From Octopus vulgaris (taxonomy: Eukaryota): 64,000 nt of DNA. The DNA lies in NCBI GenBank assembly GCA_951406725.2, contig OX597828.1:45880001-45944000 (forward strand). Reading direction: 5' to 3'. The notes beneath the pieces are model-generated. The model was not told the DNA's origin. It worked only from the letters and a program-made list of their open reading frames with translations, and made no database searches. Position numbers and translations under genes: made by a program. Numbering within the stretch: the first letter of the stretch is position 1; every line of letters begins with the position of its first letter. This document shows positions 10,940 through 24,174 of the stretch, piece by piece.

Positions 10940-11850
10940 ATTGGTTTCGTATTTTAGCACAAAACCACAAAGTTCAGGGAAGAGTGTAAGCCGATTACCT
11001 CGACCCCAGTGCTCAGCTGGTACTTGTTTTATCGAACCCGAATTGATGCCAGGCACAGTCGACCTCGACGGAATTTGTATCGTGAAGATAAAGACAGACG
11101 TAATGCCGCTAACCATTTTGTCCGATGTGCTAACGATTCCGCTCGCCTGCCGCCTTAAACTTTGGTGGAGGTGGCGTAGCTAATCGACTACATCGTTCCC
11201 AGTGCATAACTGGTACTTATTTCATTAGCCTTGAAACGAGTAAAAGCAAAGTCGACCTCAGTGAAATTTGAACTAAAAACTTAGGCAAAATACCTATTTC
11301 TTTACTACCAGCAATGGGCTAAACACAGAGAGGACAAACGAGGACAGACAAACGGATTAAGTCGATTATATCGACCCCAGTGCGTAACTGGTACTTAATT
11401 TATCGACCCCGAAATGAAGAAAGGCAAAGTCGACCTCGGCGGAATTTGAACTTAGAGCGTAGCGGCAGACGAAATACCTATTTCTTTACTACCTACAAGG
11501 CCCAAACATAGAGAGGACAAGCAAGTACAGACAAGCGGATTTAGTCGATTACATCGACCCCAGAGCGTCACTCTATCGACCCCGAAAAGATGAAAGGTAA
11601 AGTCGACTTTGGTGGAATTTGAACTCAGAACGCAGCGGCAGACGAAATATCACAAGGCATTTCGCCCGGCGTGCTAACGTTTCTGCCAGCTCGCCGCCTT
11701 TTGTGAATGTCGTTGTTGTTACCGTTGTGTCTATTGCTGTAGTTGTTGTCCAGTTGCTCACTGGGGTCGATGTAATCGACTTAATCCCTTTGTCTGTCCT
11801 TGTTTGTCCACTCTATATTTAGCCCCTTGTGGGCAATAAAGAAATCGAGA
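10940..11850 (-). mobile_element. Cluster of SINE family B units: diverged monomer, tandem multimer (~11170-11700) and an inverted tail fragment (11750-11850, plus strand)
   Basis: Repeated CTGGTACTTAATTTATCGACCCCGAAAGGATGAAAGGCAAAGTCGACCTCGGCGGAATTTGAAC-like blocks; heads at ~11157 and ~11700. Confidence 0.88.
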
Positions 11851-11944
11851 AATAAGAGTCACAACGTCAACTATAACAACAATAATATCAACATCAAGAA
11901 GAACGATAAAGACGAAACGTACAACAATGGATGAATGGATGGAT

Positions 11945-12151
11945 GGAAGCACTCCGTCGGTTACGACGACGAGGGTTCCGGTTGATCCGAATCAACGGAA
12001 CAGCCTGCTCGTGAAATTAACGTGTAAGTGGCTGAGCACTCCACAGACACGTGTACCCTTAACGTAGTTCTCGGGGATATTCGGCGTGACACAGAGAGTG
12101 ACAAGGCCGGCCCCTTGAAATACAGGTACAACAGGAAACAGGAAGTAAGAG
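11945..12151 (-). mobile_element. SINE family C, 3' half
   Basis: Near-identical to 39223-39430. Confidence 0.9.
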
Positions 12152-12162
12152 TAATTTTTGGC

Positions 12163-12341
12163 TGGGAGGGGTACAGTCGATAAAATCGACATTAGGGCCT
12201 AACTGGTACTTATTTTATTGACCCGAAAGAATGAGAAGCAAATCCGACCTGGGCGGAATTTGAACTCAGAACGTGATGACAAACGAAATGTCGCCAAGTA
12301 TTTTTGCCCGGCGTGCTAACGATTCTGCTAGCTCGCTGTCT
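12163..12341 (-). mobile_element. SINE family B, diverged copy
   Basis: Head GCGAGCTAGCAGAATCGTTAGCACGCCGGGC and central domain on the minus strand. Confidence 0.82.
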
Positions 12342-12345
12342 TTAC

Positions 12346-12437
<92 letters not shown>

Positions 12438-12442
12438 TGATG

Positions 12443-12503
<61 letters not shown>

Positions 12504-12543
12504 TGATGATGATAACAATAACAACAACAACAACAACAACAAC

Positions 12544-12583
<40 letters not shown>

Positions 12584-12592
12584 GTAATAATA
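12346..12592 (+). repeat. (AAT)n microsatellite with GAT/AAC variants; similar tracts at 13524-13726, 14400-14600 and 17149-17313
   Basis: Directly visible. Confidence 0.98.
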
Positions 12593-13109
12593 AATGCCCT
12601 GATGCAGTACCAGGCATTGGCTCTCATGGCTTTTGATCTTAACTGATCGGAAGTGTTATGTATATTGTTTTTGTCTTGGTACAAATGATGGGCTACAGCA
12701 AATATTCTGCTCAATACCAAGGATTTGCTTGTCAGTTGTTTGACCTCAACAGTTTGAGCATGTCCCTTAGTGGCTGACGATATGCGCATCTCTGCAAGGT
12801 CTTGCGCTGTTTACCTAGATATGAAATCGCCATATCGCGCAAGATGGGTATACTGGGCTTCGTATATTTTACCCTAGTGTGACTTTGACGGTATGCGCTG
12901 CTCTTTCACTGAATAATTATAATAATAATCCTTTCTACTATAGGCAATGTCATCCTCGACGGAATTTCCAATAATAATAAGAAGAATAGCAAAAAAGCGG
13001 ATTGATGGCATGAATGATAATGACAGCAATATCCGCAACGGCCACATCAATATCAAGAAGCATAAGGTTCTGAACCAAAATAAGAAAACAAAGCAATAAA
13101 AATAATGAT

Positions 13110-13522
13110 ACTCTTTACTATTTACTCTTTTACTTGTTACAGTCATTTGACTGCGGCCATGCTGGAGCACCGCCTTTAATCGAGCAAATCGACCCCGGGA
13201 CTTATTCTTTTGTAAGCCCAGTACTTATTATATCGGTCTCTTTTACCGAACCACTAAGTAACGGGCACATAAACACACCAGCATCGGTTGTCAAGCAATG
13301 TTAGGGGCACAAACACAGACACACAAACACACACACGCATATATATATACATAATATACGACGGGGTTCTTTCAGTTTCCGTCTACCAAATCCACTCACA
13401 AGGCTTTGGTCGGCCCGAGGCTATAGTAGAAGACACTTGCCCAATGTGCCACGCAATGGGACTGAACCCGGAACCATGTGGCTGGTAAACAAGCTACTTA
13501 CCACACAGCCACTCCTGCGCCT
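13110..13522 (-). mobile_element. SINE family A, full length
   Basis: Matches the other family A copies end to end. Confidence 0.92.
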
Positions 13523-13531
13523 ATGATGATG

Positions 13532-13717
<186 letters not shown>

Positions 13718-13918
13718 TTAATAATAAAACCATGACCACGACAGCAACAACAGCAATCACAACAATCAGAAGCATTAAACACAAGCACTTCAACCGCAAG
13801 AACAACATCGGCGAAGACTACAAACGCAATGACTCTCACACCTACAAGGAAACAAAACCACAACAAATAAGACCAAAAACAAACCAACAAACACAACAAA
13901 AAAGTATCTCTCTCTGTC

Positions 13919-13954
<36 letters not shown>

Positions 13955-14271
13955 AATCTCTCTCGTTTTCTCTTTTTCTTTCATTTTCGACCTCCCTCTC
14001 TATCTCTCTCTTCTCTGCCTTCTCCGTCTGTTTCTATGTCTCTCTCCGCCTCTCTGTCTCTCTCTCTTTCTCTTTTCTCTGCCCGTATTGTGCTCCACAC
14101 TCCTCACCCTGCCCCCCCCATCCTTCCCCCTCCCCCCGTCCTCACATCTCTTTAGTCTAACTCCTGATATCTCCCCGAGGATAAGAACGGCAAAAGAGTA
14201 CTTGACAACCGTCTGCTGTACATAACTGTTGTGGTTAATAATAAAAATTAACAACAACAACAACAACAACA

Positions 14272-14323
<52 letters not shown>

Positions 14324-14426
14324 ATACTTATATTACTAATAATAGTAATAGTAATAATGATAATTCTTTTTTGGGTTCTTTTAAAATATATTTAATGTTA
14401 ATAATAATAATAATAATAATAATAAT

Positions 14427-14601
<175 letters not shown>

Positions 14602-15804
14602 GGAAAAACTATCAACAACAAAAGTAATAACATCTGCAACGAAAATAGTTACATATAAAGGCAAAAAGAAAATATCCTGTCCAAAACACAGAAATATACA
14701 AAAAAAAAAGCAGCAATGAAGAGAGAGAGAGAGAGGGTGGGGAGAGAAAGAGAGAGAGAGGGACAAGAAATTTGGGAGAAAGACAAAGAGAAGGAGAGAG
14801 AGAGAGTTACAGTGATAAAGACATGTATGGGGAGGGTGAGAGAGGGTGTCTACCACCAATTGCTCGGCATTAAACCACAGACATTAAGCACGTGAGTGTG
14901 TGTAAAGTTGTTATATACGAGAGCACCAAAGATGTCTGAACAAATAAAGTGATATACGATATAATTAAACACACACACACACACACATACATACACACAC
15001 GAGTGCCCTCATACATACACACACAGTCGCATATACATACACACATGTATGTATATATACATGTATGCACATACACACACGAGTGCCCTCATACATACAC
15101 ACACACAGTCGCATATACATACACACATGTATGTATATATACATGTATACGCACACACACATATGTGTGTGTATGTGTGTGTATAATGTTTAATCTTAGA
15201 CCAAATGCATCAAAAAAATGTCTATATTTGTTGAATAAACAGTTGACGCTATTAATGTATTTAATATAGGATTCAAAATGTTTACTTCTGTGTTCAATAC
15301 ATAACCGACATTTTTTTTAAACCATTAAAAATGGAATTCACTAAATGCGCTGCGGTTCGATATTTTATTTATTTTATTAATTCCTCTTCCATTCTTCGTT
15401 TTAAATGTTCAGTGCCCATGATTACAGATATGCATGTCTTATCCCCAAAATAGATTCCAAAAGCAAGAATCCATTGGCATGAGATCCACATCTCTAAGAA
15501 CAAGCATAGAAAAGTAACATAATTTATCTCAATTTACGTTCTCTTTGTTTAGACAATTGAAACAACTTCCATATTTTGATCAAAATATACATATTATATT
15601 GGATAAACTTCATATTTGATAACATTCTCAAAGCATTAACTCGTGTGAAATCCCTTAACAATTTTGATATAGATACGCAAATACTCTATCTTCGTAGCTA
15701 TACACGATAGAATTAATCCGTTAAAAGGATAAGAAAGAGGAATGACCAAATTTTTTATTCATCTTGTTAATTGTCAACCGATCAGCCATCATTACTAATT
15801 CAAG

Positions 15805-16110
15805 GAGAAATACAATTGTTTAGTTCTCGGAAAACATTTTCCAACTGATTTTCACTATCACCGTCAATCGCATCAGTAATCCTTGCTTTCAAGTCTTCCG
15901 AAGATTCGGACTTAGTTGCATAAACAATACTTTTCACATGTCCCCATAAAAAGAAATCCAATGGAGTCAAATCTAGTGAATGTGTAGGCCAAAATAATGG
16001 TCCACCTCTTCAAGCGATATATTAGGGAATTTCTAATTTAGAAACTGCCTAACTTGCAGAGCAAAGTGACAAGATGCACCATCCTATTGAAAAATTGTAC
16101 TCCCTATCAG
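15805..16110 (-). mobile_element. Tc1/mariner transposase relic, rosa (DD41D)-like C-terminal part
   Basis: Minus-strand translation IFQ*DGASCHFALQVRQFLN*KFPN/RGGPLFWPTHSLDLTPLDFFLWGHVKSIVYATKSESSEDLKARI. Confidence 0.85.
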
Positions 16111-16243
16111 TTCTAATTCTTGAAACTTACGAATGAAAAAACTTTGTAGCATTGCACCATGACGTTATGCATACCGTGTATATATACATGCATACGTACA
16201 TACATACATACATACATACATACATACATACATGCATACATGC

Positions 16244-16300
<57 letters not shown>

Positions 16301-16304
<4 letters not shown>

Positions 16305-16698
16305 AGATATAGCATTAATGTAAATTATTATCTGCAAAAATCAAACATATTCTCTGTTTCAATTAAGCCTAAAAGATTAAAATATCGATTGTTAAATCGT
16401 TATATTAGGAAAAATCTCATCAGAGGAGTAGAAAAGATATACCGTTAGGTAATTAGGTGTTGCGTTTTCGAATCTTGTCAGCAGAACTGCGATGATTCGA
16501 AAGCTGTCCGCTGAAATGATTCGAAAACACGACACCCAATAGCCTAACGGTATATCTTTTCTGCTCGGCTGATGAGACCTTGCCTAATATAATGATTTAA
16601 CATTTGCTATTTTAATCTTTTAGGCTCAACTGAAACAGCTGTAAGAGAATATATTGGGTTTTTCCAGATAATGAATTATATTAATGCGATATCTCCAT
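16301..16698. mobile_element. ~400 bp imperfect palindrome with a hammerhead-like core in each arm; probable inverted Penelope-like pLTR pair
   Basis: ATGGAGATAT..AAAAGATATACCGTTAGG..TTTTCGAATC mirrored by GATTCGAAAA..CCTAACGGTATATCTTTT..ATATCTCCAT. CTGATGA at 16569 (plus) and 16423 (minus). Confidence 0.75.
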
Positions 16699-16851
16699 CT
16701 TTTAAAATTTTCTTTTGGATGTTTATAAACCAACATTTATATTTAGACCTATTATTTTATGAATATTATTATTCAATAAAGACATTAGGTAGTGAACCAG
16801 TAATTTATTTGATTTTTACTGTCTCTTAATGAGGCTGGTTGCGATTTATAA

Positions 16852-17088
16852 GCGAAAGAGTGTATCTTCTCGTACATACGGCTGGTGTTCAAACGCCTAG
16901 AATTCATAGACAAGCAAGATAACTTGCGTCATATCCCTTTACAGGAGTGGTAGACATTGATTGCGACGTCAGAAAGACGACGAATCATTATTGTCTACCA
17001 CTACTGCAACGGGAGCTGACGCGAGTTATCTCGTTTGTCTATGACTTTTTAGCACCAGGCATATTGACAACAAGATATTCTCTTACGC
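16852..17088. repeat. ~235 bp imperfect hairpin (MITE-like or structured RNA)
   Basis: TCATAGACAAGCAAGATAACTTGCGTCA pairs with TGACGCGAGTTATCTCGTTTGTCTATGA; GTGGTAGACA with TGTCTACCAC; loop at 16971-16975. Confidence 0.85.
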
Positions 17089-17143
17089 CTCTAACTCACA
17101 GCCTGGCCAGAACTGGCAAAACAGTGCACCTGTGTTCAATATG

Positions 17144-17217
<74 letters not shown>

Positions 17218-17257
17218 TGATAATAATAATAATTATAATAATAATAATAATAATAAT

Positions 17258-17315
<58 letters not shown>

Positions 17316-17990
17316 TAGATATATATATATATATATATATGCATATGTGGGCTCAGGATGTCATGAAACGTGTAAAACAAAAAAGTACGAAGCATGAGTA
17401 CATGGAACATAAACTATTCTTTAGAACAATGAAAGACACAAATGGAAAACAAAACAAACAACAGAAAGAACGATCCTTCATCAGTTGTTGACTGTTTTCT
17501 AGTCTCGTATTTCGAGCATTTAACAACAATATACGCTTTCGATAAAACAGTTGCTACCGCAAAGCAAATTAAATAAATTTTGGCATTGTGCGGAGGGTCA
17601 AAATAGGTAACACAAACAGGACGGTGAAAACAAACAGGAAGGACTGCTAAGCCTAAACGAACGCGTAAATCAAGCTAGGGCAGGAGACAAGCAAGAACAT
17701 GTCTTCCTTGTTCCAGCTACAACGGGGAGAAAGAAGGATGGCTGATGGTCATGTGGGAGCCACGTGAGGAAGGGAGTAGGAGTGAGGGAGAGAGAGCGAG
17801 TGACAGAGTAATAGGATAGAATAGTGGGAGAAGAGGGGGTAAAAGAATAAGAGAGAGAAAAAGAGAGAAAAACGAAAGAGTAAAATGATCATATAGAGTG
17901 TGCATCAGAATTATTAAGATGAAACTTACTTGGAATAGGATGCGTGGCGTTCAATCATATAATAATATAAATAATATACATATATATATA

Positions 17991-18221
17991 TTTCTTTACT
18001 GCCCACAAGGCGCTAAACACAGAGGGGATAAACAAGGACAGACAAACGGATTAGGTCGATTATATCAATCCCAGTGCGTAACTGGTACTTAATTTATCGA
18101 CCCCGAAAGGATGAAAGGCAAAGTCGACCTCGGCGGAATTTGAACTCAGAACGTAACGGCAGACGAAATACAGCTACGCATTTCGCCCGGCGTGCTAACG
18201 TTTCTGCTAGCTCGCCGCCTT
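17991..18221 (-). mobile_element. SINE family B, full length, TSD-like TAATAATATACATATATA flanks
   Basis: Matches 42718-42950 and 63636-63867; B-box GAGTTCAAATTCC. Confidence 0.93.
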
Positions 18222-18480
18222 AATAATATACATATATACATTACATGTGTGTGTATATGTGTGTGCGTGTATGAGTGTAAAATTAATTAAAAATTATAAT
18301 ACTAATTTTTCAGAAAACAGCCTAAATTAGAACTGAAATAAATAAATATTAAAGTCACATAAGGAAAGATATAGATTACACATATGCGCACGCGTGGACT
18401 CGTGTGTCTGTATATACATACTTAGATACATAGTTACAGATGTAAATACATACATACATAAAAATATATAAATATATATG

Positions 18481-18529
<49 letters not shown>

Positions 18530-18952
18530 CACTTATCAACGCAGACGTGTATGTATTGGTACATGTGCGTGCGCGCGTGCATTTATGTGTGTGTTTGTGT
18601 TTGCGAGTGTATGCAGGCGTGTGTGTGTGTGTATTTACGATATTGGTTTCATGTGGGGAAGAAAGAGAAATGGAACTGAGACGTCTTTCAATGCCTAATT
18701 ATTCGTTGAGCCGTGAATTAAATTTAATGTCGGTTAATAGTTTTGTGAAAACTTCTCAAAACGTGAATCATTAAACATTAACTTCGAAGCTTCCAGACCG
18801 GAAAGAATACGAGCACATAGATTTACCCGTATATACATCTCTCTCTCTACCTCCCCCTCTCTTCTCACTCTGTCTCTCTGTCTCTCTGTCTCTCTGTCTC
18901 TCTCTCTCTATATATACATATATATATATGTATATATATATTTATATATATG

Positions 18953-18986
<34 letters not shown>

Positions 18987-19003
18987 CATATATATATTAT
19001 GTA

Positions 19004-19061
<58 letters not shown>

Positions 19062-19705
19062 AATTTATATATATGCATTTATACACATACAAACATGTGT
19101 ATATATATACGTACGTACATACATACTGTACATATATACGCACTAAAATTTTGTAAAGACATGTTTATAAAAAGTACCACGCTATTATATCCGTATCTAT
19201 TTACGTATGGAATTTCACCCGACTTAGACTCAAGCTTCTTAGCAGTTACATAATTTTGGTAAATAATTTTAAGGTTAAAAAGTTTAATTTCTTTGTTATC
19301 GCTTTGGGCTGTATATCTTAGTATCTGCCTCTGTTTGCAACAAAAATACTGGGTAATTCCATAAATAGAATGGGTGTAAGCATAATTGACTAATTTTATG
19401 AAGACAAGAAGAGACTTATTTGCCTATATAGATTTGATACTGTGCTGGTGTGTTTTGCAATACAACAGGCTACACATATCGCTTTTACATAGCATGTACC
19501 TGGCTCCCAATATTCATGGTGTAAAAACAACGACCATTATAAATGATAACACAGGAAAAGCAAAGCTTAGCCTTAGTGTCACTTTAACCCTTCAGTTATG
19601 AGAAAAGAACAGTTAAACGTTTCAAGCGTTTTTTCTTCATCAACAGTTAAGAAAATGAGATGAGAAAAAGCTTATTGAGAGAGAGACAATAAGGGATAAA
19701 GACTC

Positions 19706-20034
19706 GTTTCAGTCATAACTGACCATGGGATTGCACCTAGAAAGTTTCCCTCTGAGCCACAAGTCCGGACAAAGTTTTTTTTATGGAAGATGACATTCGC
19801 CCATGCATACCAGACGCACCTCTCCACGACATCGATGTTATCCAAGGGAAAGCTAAAGGCCGATACAGCTTGGCACCAGTGTCGTCGAAAACTCAATCCT
19901 ACAGATCAGTGAACTGGAGCAACGTGAGATAAAATGTTTGCTCAAGAACACAACACACAACACGGTCCTGAAATCTAACCCACTAACTCATGATTGTCTG
20001 CGCGATGCTCTAACTGCTGCCTCATGCACCTTCA
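19706..20034 (-). mobile_element. tRNA-derived SINE family D
   Basis: Collinear with 45490-45791; tRNA-like head at the right end. Confidence 0.85.
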
Positions 20035-20574
20035 CTATCATTTAAGAGAGAGGCAAAGGAAAATATATTTATATAAGAAAATGTTTTTCCTCGGTTCTTT
20101 AAGAAACATTAGTCATTTTAAGATCGATATATAAATTAGATTTAGTCCAATTTGTATTAAAAGGCAGTCTTCATTTATCGTCCTCTTTACCGCAACCTGA
20201 CAGGCATTGATGACTTTTATTGATCACTGTTCTGTTGTAAATGTTATAACTATGTCTCTGGTCGAAGAATAACATGATATATTGATGGCGGGTAGTCATG
20301 ATGGGCATACAGAACTTCGTATATTTTACCCCAGTGTCACTTTGATGGCATGCATTGTTCTTTCATTCAATAATAGTAATTGTATTTCTAATATAGATAC
20401 AAAGCTTGATATGTAGGTGTGGAGAACACTCAATAACAGTGACTCAAATAGATGACTGGTACTTAAATTTGAATCTTTAGAGGGATGAAAGGCAATTTTG
20501 ACATCGGCGTGATTTGAGCTCTGAATAATAAATACCACCCTACAGTTCTAAAATATAAACAAAATTCGGAAATA

Positions 20575-21089
20575 TCTATATATATAAAACTGTAGTTGTG
20601 TGAGTGTCTGTCCCCTTCGATTTAGATTCCTAACTACTCCCACATTTTGCGGTGCAGTTTAACCAAATTCGGGTATCTTATAGTCGTGATTCATATCGAG
20701 CCCGTCTGAGTATTAGCGCGCGTCTACGATGAGTCTACGATTTTAAAAATAATTTAACATCATTTTTTATTCCATTTTAATGCATAATTTTTCGTGTGTC
20801 GATGGCGGCGGAGTTCGCGTCCATGGTCACACCTGCACCTGTTTGCTTCTCCCCCTTCTTCCCTCCCTCTCGTGAAGCTGTGGGGAAGGGAGTGTAAGGA
20901 AATCAACGTCGTAAAGCGTTGTCAAGGAGACCAGCGTTCTTTTAGAACAACGACTTCATGGCTTGAAGACACCAAAACAGAAATGGCTAAGAAAGCCCGA
21001 ATTGGCATCTATAAGGGAAGTAACTCTCTAAAAATGCTTATATAGTTATTTCCCTTACAAACCCGAGTAACGCCGGGCGATACTGCTAG
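20575..21089 (+). mobile_element. Non-autonomous Helitron (515 bp)
   Basis: Starts A|TCTATATATATAAAA, ends with hairpin CCCGAGTAACGCCGGG then CTAG|T; A|T insertion site with no TSD. Confidence 0.85.
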
Positions 21090-21731
21090 TATTGTATAAT
21101 ATATTTCACGTTGCAATCTTCCTCAAAATAGACGTCGGTAACACGGATGGAAATCACTTGATTATAGGTATGATGCATAAAACCTGGACTACCGTTAAAC
21201 AACAACAATAGCAGCATGCGGCCAAACAGTAAGATGGTGTGAAGCAGAGAGATAAATGGTCACCCTATTTTAAAGATAAAAACTGATAATCAGGTATCAT
21301 GTGGTAGCCAAGATTAATGCCAAAAGACATGAAATAGGCGCCTTCAGGATCAAAACGAGACATTTCTGAATCTATGCTTATAGAATTTTACATTAAATGC
21401 AATGAAATGAAGCTGAATAAGATGAAAAAAATAAAAGGTATTTCATTTTAATTTATTTCCAGTCAAAACCAGATTTACCCGATACAAGAAAAACAAATAT
21501 TGTTGCATGTATTTTATTTCAGAAAAACTTTTATAAAACACAACAGAAATACATCTGACGCCATGTTCTACCGTATTCATGCTTGTTTAGTTGAAAGAAT
21601 AATAAATACAGAAATTTCATTTGATTTCACATATTTTTGCAAGGCGCATGCGTATACACAGATATATGTATATAAATATGTACAGAAGTACGCATATGTG
21701 TGTGTGTGTGAGTATTGCATATATATACATG

Positions 21732-21815
<84 letters not shown>

Positions 21816-21937
21816 TGTATATACAATGACATGTAGGCATATATACATATTTGTCTGTGTGTGTTTGTGCGTATGTATGAATAAGTATCTACCTATTTCT
21901 GTCACTTTCTCTCCCACTCTATACATAAATTGATATA

Positions 21938-22089
<152 letters not shown>

Positions 22090-22525
22090 GATATATGCAC
22101 ATAGAAATATATACTTATACATATCTATCTATCTCTCTCTCTACATAAATATATACATGTATACATGCATACATATATGTATATATATATTGTGTGTGTG
22201 TGTGGGGGGGGGCGTGTGTGTGTGGGGGGCGTGTGTGTGCGTATGTGTATGTGTGCTCGCGCGTGTGTATGTAAGTGAATGCATGCATAGTGGCTTGCTC
22301 GAATACAATAGTACCATATGTTAATGCCACCAGTTTGATTCCGCATGAAGGGAGCAGTGGATTGTCACAATAGCATTCGTTAACCAGCTCAGAATTGTCT
22401 TCATCTCCCCGTTGCAGCTATGTTCAAGTTATGCGTTCAAATCGTGCGAAATCAACCTGGTCTTTTATCTTTCTATGTGTGACAAAATGACACTGAGGTA
22501 CTGCAACCAATTAAAACGAGAAACC

Positions 22526-22742
22526 ACTCTTTTACTCTTTTACTTGTTTCAGTCATTTGACTGCGGCCATGCTGGAGCACCGCCTTTAGTCCGAGCAAAT
22601 CGATCCCCGGAACTTATTCTTTGTAAGCCCCAGTACTTATTCTATCGGTCTCTTTTGCCGAACCGCTAAGTGACGGGGACGTAAACACACCAGCATCGGT
22701 TGTCAAGCAATGCTAGGGGGACAAACACAAACACACAAACAT

Positions 22743-22798
<56 letters not shown>

Positions 22799-22926
22799 GA
22801 CAGGCTTCTTTCAGTTTCCGTCTACCAAATCCACTCACAAGGCATTGGTCGGCCCGGGGCTATAGCAGAAGACACTTGCCCAAGATGCCACGCAGTAGGA
22901 CTGAACCTGAAACCATGTGGCTGGTA
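22526..22926 (-). mobile_element. SINE family A, slightly 5'-truncated
   Basis: High identity to 46632-47046. Confidence 0.92.
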
Positions 22927-23605
22927 ACTGATATTATTATGATTGTTTGTCGCGGAAGCAACTGTTGATTAAATTATTTTCTTACTTGCATCTTTGATTG
23001 GCATTATTTAGTTCAAGCTCAGTCCTAATCGGCCTCAACTAGGACCAAAATATCGTTCCGGTTGCGACGTTATCGTCTTTTAATTTCAAACATAATATAT
23101 CTAGAGGCGTAGGAGTGGCTGTGTGGTAAGTAGCTTGCTTACCAACCACATGGTTCTAGGTTCAGTCCCACTGCTTGGCACCTTGTGAGATTTGGTAGAC
23201 TGCCAATAATGATAAGGTATAATAATTTCATTACATATAACTTTCAATCGAGTGGTTGAACTTAGAAAACGTGGTTGTTTTGTTAGTCAAATCGGTTTAT
23301 TGAATGGGAGGGGCAGGAGTTTCAAAAACCTGGGATCCATGGCATAATTCAATGCAATAAAAATGCTCCTTCTCAGGGAATACGAAAGATGCAAATAACA
23401 TAGTGGGTCCTTCGCTGGTTCGTCTAAACCTAGTGAAATGTGAGAGTAGGGATTTCTGTTCCTCGATTATTGCATTTGATTATTCAGGTTACCTGTTGGA
23501 TTTCTATTCCAGTCCGTCACTAACCACTATAACTGGCTTTATGAATCAACATTCTCCAAATAAATATATATGTATGTGCATGTTTGGAAGTTTATGTATA
23601 TGTAT

Positions 23606-23662
<57 letters not shown>

Positions 23663-23701
23663 GTATATATATGTCTATGTATATGTGTGGATATATATAT
23701 G

Positions 23702-23856
23702 TAGTGGGTGTGTGGTAAGTAGCTTGCTAAACAACCACACGGTTCCGGGTTCAGTCCCACTGCGTGGCATCTTGGGCAACTGTCTTCTGCTATAGCCCTG
23801 GGCCGACCAATGCCTTGTGAGTGGATTTGGTAGACGGGAACTGAAAGAAGCCTGTC

Positions 23857-23904
<48 letters not shown>

Positions 23905-24106
23905 GCGTGTCTGTGTGTGTCCCCCTAGCATTGCTTGACAACCGATGCTGGTGTGTTTACGTCCCCGTCACTTAGCGGTTCGGCAAAAAGAGACTGATAG
24001 AATAAGTACTGGGCTTACAAGGAATAAGTCCCGGGGTCGATTTGCTCGACTAAAGGCGGTGCTCCAGCATGGCCGCAGTCAAATGACTGAAACAAGTAAA
24101 AGAGTA
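23702..24106 (+). mobile_element. SINE family A; a head-only fragment also lies at 23104-23186
   Basis: High identity to the other copies; inverted relative to the 22526 copy. Confidence 0.92.
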
Positions 24107-24122
24107 ATATATATATATATAT

Positions 24123-24174
<52 letters not shown>

